Assembly: GCF_963921235.1 (NCBI RefSeq)
Contig: NC_086097.1
Coordinates: forward strand, 176,206,001-176,270,000
DNA: 64,000 bases
Reading direction: 5' to 3'
DNA from: Mobula hypostoma
Taxonomy: Eukaryota
In this document: one piece after another, positions 12,126-23,851 of the stretch
Numbering within the stretch: the first letter of the stretch is position 1
Layout: each line of letters opens with the position of its first letter
Program-made: the position numbers and the translations under genes
The notes under the pieces: generated by a model
What the model was told of the DNA's origin: nothing
What the model saw: the letters and a program-made list of their open reading frames with translations, nothing else
Database searches by the model: none

Positions 12126-14099
12126 ATAGATCTGATTCTGATTCTTGTCCCGTTTGCCCATGTTTGGCCCATATCCCTTGAAACCCTTCATATTTATGTA
12201 CCTGTCCAAACTGTCCATTTACAGAAAGGCACAAGGAAGTCTCAAACATGCAAGAAGAGCTTGAGCCTCTTCATTTTTATCAAGATCAATATGGGAATTT
12301 TTTTCATGTTTGATTTCGTTTTTTTTCATGTTTGTTTCAATAAAACTCAGGCCACAATAAATATCTATGTTTACATTCAATTTTAAACAAATGTTAAGAA
12401 TCAAATTAGTAATACAGCATAGAAATAGGTACTTTGGCCCAACTTCCTGGAAACATTCTCCTAAATCTTTTTTGCACTCTTTCTAACTTGATGCTGAACT
12501 TTCCTCTAACTTCATGTGGGCTTAAAAAGGTCACTTGAACTACCTGTCCATGGCAGATGATCACTGGTGGGATGGAGCTGGAAAAGCCCAGAAGAGTAAA
12601 GGAATGGCGGTGGAGGAATGAAAAAGAAGAATAGGTAAGAAAGTAAACGGGATCCGAGTGACAGGAAAGCAAGTGAACGTACTGTAGAAGAAAAATAAAT
12701 CAAAATGAATTAAGCTGAAGCTAGGACTTGGAGTCGCAGCTGAAAAGAAAAGTGTTGCCCATTTAAACGAGGCAACTGTTTACTCTGAGTGTCTTCTTTT
12801 AATAATGACACAGAGGGAACCTATTTCATCTCTCAGCTCTATGGCTGCAATTCCTACATACTCTACAGTACTCTGGACTCCAGCAACGTATTGCAGAATT
12901 ACAGTGGAAAGCTTTGCAGGCCATCCATACAGATCAGTCTGTAACAGCAAGGACCTTTGTGATGGATCTTCACTGTCTGGGGGACTTTATCATCTTTGTT
13001 AAGTTTAGCTTTCTAAACACAACAGCTGACATTTCTATTGATCAAATTGTTACTTTTGAGTAAGTTAAACTTCCAAACAATTCCCTTTGTTTAGCTTCTA
13101 TTTGTAAATGGGAGCTAGTCTTTAGTGATTAATGTAACTGGCAAACTGTAATCTGTTTGAAGTTAAAAGGACAGCTTTGCAAACAAGCACGGCCTATGGA
13201 AAAGATTTGATGGCCCAAAAGCTCCTGGTCTAACTGCTACAGAGGTGGAGTATAAGAAAATGGGTTATTTAATTTGGCTTGATTCAAAATAGACAACTCT
13301 AGCTATGTAGTTGAGTTCAAGAAAGCTTACAGACCAGACTGATATTATTACAGCACTTTAACAACTGATTTGTTAATAGTTGAAAGGTTTGTGTATTCAA
13401 GAGAGTTGTCCTCACCACATTATTTATGAGTACCTAGGAACTTTTGCCTCCGGAAACTTTTAGACTGTTTGTGTTAAAAGGTATCTGAAAAAAAGTCATG
13501 TTTATAAAGTCACCTAAATGGCAAAGAAACAGTATAAATGTAGAGACCAGTTCAGGCTTATTAGAAATAGTCAAGGAACATCAAGAAGAATGACAGAAAT
13601 ACAACATGAATTAGAATTCATTCCTCTGCCTTTGATTTCTGTGATGGATGATTAGCTTCTCGGAAACTCATGGGTATGTCTTCTTAGCTTAGATGAATTC
13701 TCCTTGTGTTTCGGAAATCATTTGTGTTTTAGAATGGTTTGTAGATTGAAAGTGTTTTTATAAGATAGAAATCCTCCGTGATTTTTAAATGTGTTTTAAA
13801 AATGTTGTTTGTAGATGCTTAACACTGAAAATAAATGAACTGTGTATAAACTACTTTGTTATCTGGACGTATCTCCTTCTTAGAAGTGGGGTTGGAGGGG
13901 GGAGCAGCAAAACACACCATGGAACTAGACTTTGAAGGTTGGGTCATTACAGTAGAATCTCCCTTTAGTGGGGCTACCTGTAGCTATCTATATCGGATAG
14001 GACTTAGGGTCTTTGTTTGAGTATAGAAATTTGTAGTCAGCAAACCCACACCTTTCAGCTCCCCATTTATTCTTTTTGCCATAATATGCATACTTAGGA

Positions 14100-14280
14100 T
14101 AACTTACAGAAACTAACTCACCCACCTAACTTTGGAATGTGGGAAGGTGCACCCAGGGAAACCACAGTAACTGCAGTGAAATAACTGGCAAATTCTATAT
14201 ACACAGCACCCAAAATCAGGAATGAACTCAGGACCATGAAGCCACCAGGCAGCAGAACTACCTTCTACACCACTGTGCCT
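14100..14280 (-). mobile_element. Degraded V-type SINE
   Basis: ctttggaatgtgggaagg..cacccagggaaaccac is the reverse V-domain core, followed by a B-box-like segment. Confidence 0.55.
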
Positions 14281-15764
14281 GCTACTTGAACCCAGACTGC
14301 AGGAGCAACCCAGTGGGTAAGCATATCCGCAGGACAGAGTACGGGAGAGGAGTTCTCGGCATCCCTGCATCAGCACTGAGAGTGGAGACAGTAGATAGCC
14401 GGTATCCTATTGTGTCTCCACTTGGAACTCTGTTCCTCAGAGGATAGTGGAAGCAGGACCTGTGAACATTTTCAAGGCAGAGGTAGGTTGACTCTTGATA
14501 AGCAAGGAGAATGAAATAGGGAGGAATATGGAGTAAAGGCCACAGATAGATTAGTTGTGATTAAAATGGTCATGCGGACTTGGTAGACAGAGTGACCGTC
14601 TCCTGCTTCTAAGTTGTACGTTTGGTAGGTATGATTACCGATTTTGGTTTAGCTGTGTTTTTTTTGGAGAATGAATGCTAATGCATCTCTTTTGTGGAGT
14701 TCTTTCTTACTATTGAGGGAACATAATCCACAAAAACGTCCTGAACTCAACACGAAGTGAGTAAACAAAAATTTAACCCGACATGGGATATATATTCAAA
14801 TTGAAGCAAAGGAATGATGATATTTTACAATGCTGTTGGGGCGTGTAGCTTCAAAGTTCAAAGTAAATTTATGAACATATAATTGACCATATACAATCCT
14901 GTCAATCATTTTCTTGCGGCCATATCAGTATATCCTATAAACACAACAGAATCAATGAGAGACTGCACCCAACAAGGTGGACAACCAGTATGCAAAGACA
15001 ACAAACTGTGCAAATATAAAAGAGAAAAAGAAACATGGAAGTTTATGGCTACTCCTGGGAGTTGGGTGTGAACTAAAACAAGACTTTGAAAAAGTGATCC
15101 CATTTCATTTTGTTCTAGTTGTGTTGTTTCTTGTAAAAATTGTTTATAACTTAAGTTTCATACATATTTTTCTTGTGAATGCTACTTGTATGATATGTTC
15201 CTGTGCTGCTGCAAGTTTTTAATTGTGCTTGTGCATACATTCATTTGTGCATATGATAGTAAACTTGACTTTTGTTTTGAAATCTCTGGCATCCCCCAGC
15301 CCCTACCCACCCAACTCACCTCAGGATCAGTCTACAAAATTCATCCCAACTTAAGTGAGACTGTGCATAGGAAGACCGCATAAAAGGATGTCGATTTCTA
15401 GTGGGAAAGATTAATACCAACAAAATGGCTCTGTATCTGTTTCCTGGCAAGAGAAATTCATGTCACCAACTGACTTTGCTATCTTCAATCTGTTGTCCAT
15501 CCAGTAAGGAATATTTATTCTTATTACTGGATGCAAATCCAGCCGAAACTATATACGATTATGTTAACTGGAAGGTTAAAAATGCTGATGCTGAGATATT
15601 GAATTTCTGAAAATAAAGCAGAAATGTTGGAAAGATCCAGCATCTCGCCAGCTCCTGTTGACCTGAAATATTAACAACTTCTCTCCTGAGTGATGTTACT
15701 TCTTCTGCTAACGATTTCCAACATTTCTCCGCTCCTGCCTCCCTGCCTGCAAACGCTGAAGACA

Positions 15765-15970
15765 ATTAACCCACTGACTTTACATGTCTTTGTGATGATG
15801 GAGGAAATCTGAGAGCGTGGGAGAAATTCATATGGTCACAGACAGACAGAACATGCAAACTCCACCCAGACAATGGCCGACTTCTACTCCTTTGTCTTAT
15901 GGTCTTATGGACAGTACTGGACGTCAGGATTAGACCTGGCTCTCTGGAACTGTGAGTCACCAGTTTCAAC
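15765..15970 (-). mobile_element. Degraded V-type SINE
   Basis: aattaaccc..tgtcttt..ggaggaaatctgagagc..ggtcac..agaacatgcaaactccac matches the other V-SINE copies in the window. Confidence 0.55.
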
Positions 15971-16316
15971 AGCCATCTGATTTCATTCCAAACCTTCTAT
16001 CAATTAGCCTAACTCTCTGTCGTTTGGCTGCTCAGCCTAAGAAAACAATCCTGTTTATCTCTCTGGGTCCCTCCTAGTTTTCTCAACTGCAGTTAAACCT
16101 CTTTCATTCTGAAAGAAACCATCAGAACATGGACCGTCTGTGTTTGAAGCAACTGATAGGCATGACTCATTGTGCTCTGTAGATTAGATACTCTTTCTGA
16201 TTCACGTATAATGTCTACATGTGACTGACTCTCTGTGAAAATATTTATTATCCTCCCTTAACTTGTTTGATTGGTGTAAACAGTTATGTTGAAGTATCAA
16301 TGGATCTGGAGTTACA

Positions 16317-16538
16317 GCAACACTCACAACACGCTGGAGGAACTCAGCAGGTCGGGCAGCATCCGTGGAAAAGATCAGTCGACGTTTTGGGCCGGAAACC
16401 TTCGTCAGGCCTGACAAAGGGCTCTGGCCCAAAACGTCGACTGATCTTTTCCACGGATGCTGCCCGACCTGCTGAGTTCCTCCAGCATGTTGTGAGTGTT
16501 GCTTTGACCCCAGTATCTGCAGATTATTTTGTGTTTAC
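16317..16538. mobile_element. PLE-derived palindromic (hairpin) element with 14-bp TSD
   Basis: Near-perfect palindrome centred on tcaggcctga (about 16410). TSD GATCTGGAGT(T/C)ACA at 16303-16316 and 16539-16552. Two inverted, mutated hammerhead cores. Confidence 0.9.
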
Positions 16539-16579
16539 GATCTGGAGTCACATGTAGGCCAGAACTGACTACAATAGAG

Positions 16580-18420
16580 CATAGAACTTAGAACAAGAGT
16601 GCAACACAAAGCAGTGCCTCTGGCCCATAATGTTGTGCTGCCTTTTTAATATACCCTAAGGTGTATCTAACCCTTCCCTCCCACATAGATCTCTGTTTTT
16701 CATTTATCCATGTGCCTATCTACGAGCCTCTTAAAGGTCGCTAATGTTTCTGCCTCTACTACTACCCCTGGCAGTGTGATCTGCTGTCTGCGCAAAATAT
16801 CTACCTCTAACATCCCCCCCCACCATACCTTCCTACAGTTACCTTAAAATTATGCCTCCTTGTATTAGCCATTTCCACCCTGGGAAAATATCTCTGGCTG
16901 CTCACTCTTTCTATGTCTCTTACCCCAATCAAGTCGCCTCTCATCCTTCACTCCAAAGAGAAAAGCTTTAGCTCACTCAACCTATCTTCCTAAGACGTGC
17001 TCTCTAATCCAGACAGTATCTTGGTAAATCTCCTCTGCACCCTCTCTAAAGCTTCCACATTCTTCTTATAATGTGGGATCTAGAAATGAACACAATATTC
17101 CAAGTGGGTCAAGATAGCACCAGCAAACAATGCTACCTTGGGTGACATCTTCTAGTTAGTCCACAAAACTGTTTCCTTCACTTCTTCTATGTCTTTTTTT
17201 TAAATTTTAAGTGTGTTTTTGGTACTGTTAGAGCCTTTGCTCTACAGACTGAAGATCGATTAAGTGATCTGGCACTTTGCTGTCTCCAAGAAGATTCCGG
17301 GAGGTGAGCAACCTCGATGCCTAGAAGCTTAGAGATGGACGTGAACCTACCATCGACCTCATTTCTCGACTATTAAAGCATCGGGGAAAATTTTGAGGTG
17401 AGTGTGGAAGGTGAATGAATGTTCAGTGCTATCTGCCAGCCTCTCACTCACTCTGCTGGAGGAAGGTGTCTGCCTGCGACAGTCTCTTGCTTGCTGCTCC
17501 TGGGGGAAGGCCCGTGTGACTGGGTGATCTCTCTCTCCTATGATGCTATCAGAGGATGGTACTGAAGTTCTGGGTCTGCAGTTTATAGATTGTACTGTGG
17601 TCTTCTTGGACTCATTCAGTTTTGTGTTTGATATTCTATGTTTTTGCCCATCCTTTCCTTTTGCTGTTTGTATGATTTGTTTTATTTTGCACAATGGTGG
17701 AGGGTTTGTGGTTTAATGTTCTTCTTGCTGTTTGTGCAATTCATTTGATGTTTTTCGTGTGGAGGATTGGGGCTTTGGTGTTTGTGGTTCTTGTTGCCGT
17801 TTGCACGATTTGTTTTTAGCGCATGGGAGTTGATGTTCTCGCCATTTGCACGATTTGTTTATTTTGTGCATAGAGAGGGGGAGTGTTGACATTTTTCTTT
17901 GAATGGCTTCCATGGCCTTCTTTGTTCCATGGCTGTCTGGAGAAGACAAATCTCAGAGTCGTATACTGTATGCATACTCTGATAATAAATGTACCTTGAA
18001 CCTTGAGCTAGAGTTTTATAGGGCTGTATCTCTTACCTCATGCCTCTTAACTCTTGAATTTAATCCCCCGACTACTGAAGCACACATGATATACCTTCAT
18101 AACCGCGCGATCATTTCCAAGGCACCTTTGAGGGATCAATAGACTTGGACTCCAAGTTCCCTCTGTTTCTCCACACTGCTAAGAATCCTGCCATTAACCT
18201 AGTATTCTGCTTTTTAGTTCAACTATTCAAACTGTATCACTTTGTACTTTTCCGCATTGAACTCTGTCTGTCACTTCTCAGCCCAGCTCTGCATCAATTA
18301 ATGTCCCATTCTAATCTGCAACAACCCTTTACACTATCCACAACACCACCAATCATTGTGCCATCTGCAAATTTGCGAACCCACCCTTCACCCAGGTCAT
18401 TTATAAAAATCACAAAGAGT
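16580..18420 (-). mobile_element. CR1 LINE 3' region interrupted by a non-coding retroposon
   Basis: CR1 3' end at 16580-17108 resumes at about 18010-18420 (RT region). Confidence 0.75.
17110..18006 (+). mobile_element. Non-coding retroposon with internal imperfect repeats
   Basis: Tail gataataaatgtaccttgaaccttga; several copies of ttgc(t/c)gtttg.a.gatttgttt..ttttgc between 17660 and 17870; related copy at 18580-19172. Confidence 0.6.
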
Positions 18421-18579
18421 TGTGGTTCCAGAAAACTAAAATCTGGGCTGGACGGGATACACAGTACCCCAGGTTACCATGTGAAGTGAAGGAACAGATT
18501 ACTGCACCTTTGGTGATAATATTTGCATCCTCACAGGCTAGGGGTAGATCGAGAAGATTGGAGGGTAGCAAAGGTTATT

Positions 18580-19172
18580 TCTTTGTCCCTTTAGATGTAG
18601 TTCTGGTACTGTTGGAGCCTGTGATCTACAGTTTGATGGTGTATTTTTGGGTCAATTTGAGTGATCTGGTGCTTTGGTATCTCCGAAAAGGAGGTGCGCG
18701 GGCATGAGACCAAGAAGCTTACAGATGGGATGTGAGCCCATGATCGACTCCATTTCTCACTGATTAAAGTGTCAAGGAAGACTGAAATCATTGTAGAAAG
18801 TGCGGAAGGTGAACAAGTGTTCGGTGCTGCTAACTGCCCTCGATGCTGTTGGAGGATGGTACCAAAGTTCTGGGTCTGCGGTTTATGGATTGGACTGTAG
18901 TTTGATTGAACTTTTAAAATCTTATGTTTTTATATTCTGTGTTTTCACTTGTTCTTTCATGTTACCATTTGTGCAATTTGTTTTTTTTTTTGCATGGGGG
19001 TTAGTTGACGTTCTTGTTGATGTTCGCGCAATTTGTACATTTTTTGCACGTGGGGGAGTGATGTTTTTCTTTGAATAGTTTCTATTTTTTTGTTTTGTGA
19101 CTGTCTGGAGAAGATGACTCTCAGAGTTGTATACTGCATACATACTTTGATAGTAAATGTACTTTGAACTTT
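18580..19172 (+). mobile_element. Second copy of the non-coding retroposon family at 17110-18006
   Basis: Shared blocks gtgatctgg..ctttg, ggatggtac..aagttctgggtctgc.gtttat, ctgtctggagaaga..tctcagagt, and tail aaatgtactttgaacttt. Confidence 0.6.
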
Positions 19173-19612
19173 AATTGCTGGGCGGGCTAGAGGTATAAGA
19201 TTTAAGAAGGATTCTGCATTTTGCTAATGATTTATTTCTCCTTTTGAGCATTATTATAATTTCTAATCTAAGCACATTCCCTCACTCTCTGTCAAAGGAT
19301 GAGTCAACAATTCGTCTCTGACTAACCTTTCAATCATCTTGCCTTGAATTCAATACGTCTAGACAAACTCTTTTTACTATTTTCATTATCTAAAGGAGCT
19401 TTATAAATGCAAATTTATACAGGTCACACAGAAGCAGAACGCATAATAAAGAATAAAGCTTATCAACAAACAGGGCGTCAGGGATAGTTGGTATAAATTT
19501 AAGAAGGGAAAGTGATTCTTGTCCAACCTCAGTGAGTTGTCTGTGGAATCAAGGGGAAGGGTAGACAAAGGGAACATAGTAGACGTACAGTATAACTAAA
19601 CACTCATGCACA

Positions 19613-19640
19613 GACACACACACACACACACACTCACATA
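19613..19640. repeat. (CA)n microsatellite
   Basis: Direct reading. Confidence 0.9.
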
Positions 19641-20562
19641 CAGACTAACACTCACACCCATCCATGCAAAACATGCACAAATGCAAACACACACAGAGAA
19701 TTCCAGTCAGAGTTTTATAATTATGCTGGCTGCTTGACCGAGACAATGAGAACTGTAGACAGAGTTCATGGTGGAGAGATTAGTTTCTGTGATATGCTGA
19801 GCTGTATCCACATCTCTGCAGTTCCTAGGAGCCAGAGGCAGAGCAGTTGCCAAACCAAGCTGTGGTGCATCCCGATAGGATGCTTCAGCAGTTATTTATT
19901 GGTTGTACACCATGTCAGAATGTATTTGTCTCAAGGTCTATATCATCCTTCTATTCGATGTCCATGATGTTGTTGCTCAGTCTTGAAAATAAATTGCCAT
20001 CCCTAATATCTTAATTCTTATGAATATGTCCACTTGATAAATTCATCTTACCATAATTTGCAAAAGATGATGGACCTGTGGAATGACAGCTGGAGAGAGG
20101 AAGGGGGGGGGAGAGGGGGGGAGGGGGGAGGGGGGGAAGAGGGGGGAAGCGTGGAAACAGGAACAAGGCTTTGGAAAGGTGATCCCAATTTTAGCTCCTT
20201 CTTTAACCAGGTTACTTTAATCAATTCGAGTTTGCTGTTATGTGCACAAGTATGATGAGGGACAGGGACAATGAAAAACCTGCTTGCAGCAGCATCACAG
20301 GCACATAGGTGCAGACAACACTCAGAATACAAATTATACACGTCCTATCCACCATGTGACTGCTTATTGGTCTGTCATGTGATTGGTCAATTTCACAGGC
20401 TTGTCCATCTATCAACTAACTTTTAACTTACTAACAAGACCACAAGACATAGGAGCAAAATTAAGCCATTTGGTCCACTGAGTCTGCTCTGTCATTCAAA
20501 CATGGCTGATTTTTTTTTCCCCCCTCCTTCACCCCTCTACATGGCCTTCTCACATAACCTTT

Positions 20563-22434
20563 TGTTGTGTATGTGGCCCAGTTACACAACAATGCTATTA
20601 ATAAAAATGCTGGAGACAGGAGATAAGGTTCATGGTTCTTTAGTGGCAGAAACTGAACTCTGAACACACACGTACGGATCAATACACGCCTAATTCAATG
20701 ATATGTTACTAAAAGATAAAGTAGTCCCTTATTATACTGTAGACTATTCGGCACACTTCTCCCCTTTTATTTTAATAGTTTATCAACTTTTGATTTACTG
20801 GGGCATTATGCTAAACAAATATGCTTACCCTTAACATACAAACGCCTACCATTTGTTTACTTAGTAACTTAATAATATCAAATTATAACAAGCCTTTTTT
20901 TTAAACTTCCTGGGGAGGTCTCCTCTGCCTCTCCGTTTGACTCGAAACGTTTGCTTCAGGGAATGAGTCTCCACAGGTACCTCAGGTGGGTCCTCAGCAC
21001 TGATGACAGGCTTATCTGTGGAGGAGGCTGATGTGGTCACATCAGGAGTGTTTGCTTCTATATCATGGGGTCCGGGCAAGGTGTTATTGTGTTTTCCACC
21101 CAAGCATCCAGGATTTGGTCCACATGCCATCTCCATATGTTCTCTCCCACCTGTACTCTATATATCAGTGGCCCATCTATGGCAGAAATTATATCCAGCT
21201 GCCACTTTTCAGTCCAGTAATCATGTGCAAGAACTGACTGTCCCACACTGAAGCTCCGTGTTGACTTAGCATTCAAGTGTTTGGCATATTCCAGAGATTT
21301 TTGTTGTATCTCGGAAGCACCCAGTGCCACTGTTTCCGTCGGTATTGCAATGTTTAGCACTTTCTCGAATGTAAGGTCTCTTTCACACAGAAGCTTCTTC
21401 TGTGTGGTTTCACAGTGCATGCCACACACTAACCTGTCCCTCAATGCGTCCGATAGACCAGCTCCAAATTGACAATGTTCTGATAATTTGCACAATTCAG
21501 CACAATATTCAGAAATGCTTTCATTTTTGCTCTAATTCTGATTTTGAAATTTAAATCTTTCAGCAATGACCAGTGGTTCAGGGCTTAAGTGCTGTTGGAG
21601 AGTGTCTACTATTTGCTTGAATGTTTTGTCAGCTGGCTTTTCAGGGGTTAACAAGCTCCGTAGCAGACCGTATGTTTTTGCTCCCATAATACTGAGTAAG
21701 ACGCCTGCTTTCTTTTCATCCTTAACACCGTTAGCCTCACAATATAACTCCACTCTTTCAATGTAAATTGCCCAGTCTTCAATGCCACTATCAAATGCTG
21801 TAATGGTTCCAATCATCGCCATCTTTGTTATGTTAATTAAGTCCCATTCTCCCCTTATTTTCCTTTTTGATTCATGTGCCCTTTTTGCTAGCGCCACGAG
21901 CACACTCCATCTAGATGTGTGTGTATGTTGCTCCTTTTTATCTCCCTTCTGGGGCAGGCAGACCCTCAGCCCCTGGGGCTCAGCGCCAGCTGTGGTCTCG
22001 GCTGGACGTGCTGCGGCTCTGACTGTGTCTCTTGGTCTCCCAACGTTCCTGACCCCGGCTGTGCTCCTGCTTCCTTTCAGACTTGTGGCCTCACTCTTCC
22101 TCCTTCTTCCGCTCCTTGTTTCATTCCTTGCGCTCTCCTTCCGAGTGTTGTTATCTATTAAAACACAGCGTTCCGACACGATGTAGGTTCATTAACCTCG
22201 TCGCTAATTTGTTGTATATGTGGCCCAGTTACACAACGATGCTATTAATAAAACGCTGGAGACGGGAGCTAAGGTTCATGGTCCTTTACTGGCAGAAACC
22301 GAACTCTGAACACACACATACAGATCAATACGTGCCTAATAGCACATGCTCAATATGCGCCTAATAGCACATTCAACGACGTTTTACTAAAACACAAAAG
22401 TAGTCCCTTATTATACTGTAGGCTATATGGTACA
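20563..22434 (-). mobile_element. Internally deleted Gypsy LTR element (Mag-like gag) with intact termini
   Basis: LTRs 22210-22434 and 20563-20755 (TGT..ACA); 5-bp TSD CCTTT (20558-20562, 22435-22439); primer-binding-site-like tagcgacgagg; polypurine tract aaaaggggagaag; gag (FDSGIEDWAIYIERVELYCEANGV..GAKTYGLLRSL..AERFKF; DALRDRLVCGM) and integrase tail (GPLIYRVQV..WRWHVDQI). Confidence 0.95.
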
Positions 22435-22577
22435 CCTTTGATACTGTGGCCAATCAAGAGCCTATCAATCTGCACCTTGAATACAGCCAACGACCCGGAT
22501 TCCGTAGCTGCCTGTAGCAACAAATTCCACAAATTTACCACACTCTGGCTAAAGAAATTTCTGTACATCTGTTTAAA

Positions 22578-22815
22578 ATTTACAAAGATGTTATCTGGAT
22601 TGGAAAGCGTGCCTTATGAGAATAGATTAAGTGAACTTGGCCTTTTCTCCTTGGAGTGACTGAGGATGAGAGGTGTGCAAGATGATGAGAGACATTGAAC
22701 ATGTGGATAGCCAGAGGTTTTTTCCCAGGGCTGAAATGGCTAACATGAGGAGGCTTAGTTTTAACATACTTGGAAGTAGGTACAGAGGGAATGTCAGGGG
22801 TAAGTTTTTCCACAC
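22578..22815 (+). mobile_element. CR1 LINE 3' coding fragment
   Basis: FTKMLSGLESVPYENRLSELGLFSLE..VDSQRFFPRAEM. Confidence 0.85.
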
Positions 22816-23788
22816 TTACCGTGCTAGCTGTAATATTGTTCTTTCATCTGCCTGCACTTCCTGACAGTCTGACTGTCCTGTGCATTGTTTCTGGGTGACT
22901 ACGAGTCAAGCAGACGTATTTGGCTGCACTGTACACGACAAACATTCTGTCCTAACCTCCGAGTTTTTCCTTAGTTGTAACAATACATACATTATACAAG
23001 ACAGTGAAGAGAGAAAAAAGCCATGCAAAACAAGATGTGAGTGCAAGAAAAGGACGCGGCAAAGATAAGGCCATGGTAGTGCAAGAGACAGTCTAATTAC
23101 CAGCTATTAGTTACCAATTGCCAATTACCTGGTAATTGTCAAGGTAGATCAGGGTTTTGGAGGTTCGTTCAAGAACCAGGCATTTGCAAGAAAGTAGTCA
23201 TTCCTGGTGGGGTGGGACTCTTTTCCAAATCTGCTGTTTTTCTCATTCTTTTCCCTGTCTATGTTGTTCAAATATTGGCAGGTTTGCTGCCTCTCTGATC
23301 CATTGCCAAACTGCTGACTGTAATCCAGCCACACCTGAATTAGATAATAGGCTGGCTGCTGTTGGTTTTTAATTAAATTCAGCATTGCTGTCATTTTTAT
23401 CATCGACTGTTAAGTGTCGTTCGAACATTGTTCCTTGCTTCACATCTCAAAGAAAACACATCACAGGGGGTTAGATCTATTGGGAGGTGGGGATGGCAGA
23501 TTTTCTTTAAAGTCACAGAACAGTACAGCACAGAAACAGACCCTTTGCCCCAACTCATCTATTGCACCCAAGTCGCCTTTTTGAACTAGTCTCCTGTGTT
23601 TTTGCCGTACCCTTCTAAATCTCCCATATTCAAGTACCTGTCTAAATATTGCAATTGGACCCGCCTCTACCACTTCTTCTGGCAGCTTGTTCCATGTCCT
23701 TACCATCCCCCATGTAAAAAATGTTGCTCCTCAGGCCCCTTTTCAATCTTTCCCTTCTCATTTTAAACCTAGGCCGTTTAATTTTAGA

Positions 23789-23851
23789 AACACACATCAA
23801 AGTTGCTGGTGAACGCAGCAGGCCAGGCAGCAGCAGAATTCCCCGTGTTTG
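23789..23851. mobile_element. 63-bp collapsed PLE-derived hairpin element with exact 14-bp flanking duplication
   Basis: aacacacatcaaagttgctggtgaacgcagcaggccaggcagca joined to gcagaattccccgtgtttg; flanked by CGTTTAATTTTAGA at 23775-23788 and 23852-23865, inside a CR1 tail. Confidence 0.88.

Noticed and set aside
12225..12361. Terminal coding exon (RHKEVSNMQEELEPLHFYQDQYGNFFHV*) with two AATAAA signals
   Set aside because: The acceptor abuts a CR1 tail, the peptide is unrecognised and AATAAA is common in this AT-rich patch; too weak without RNA data.
22435..22815. Twin-priming inversion of one CR1
   Set aside because: The minus and plus pieces look like different CR1 subfamilies and share no TSD; more likely independent insertions.
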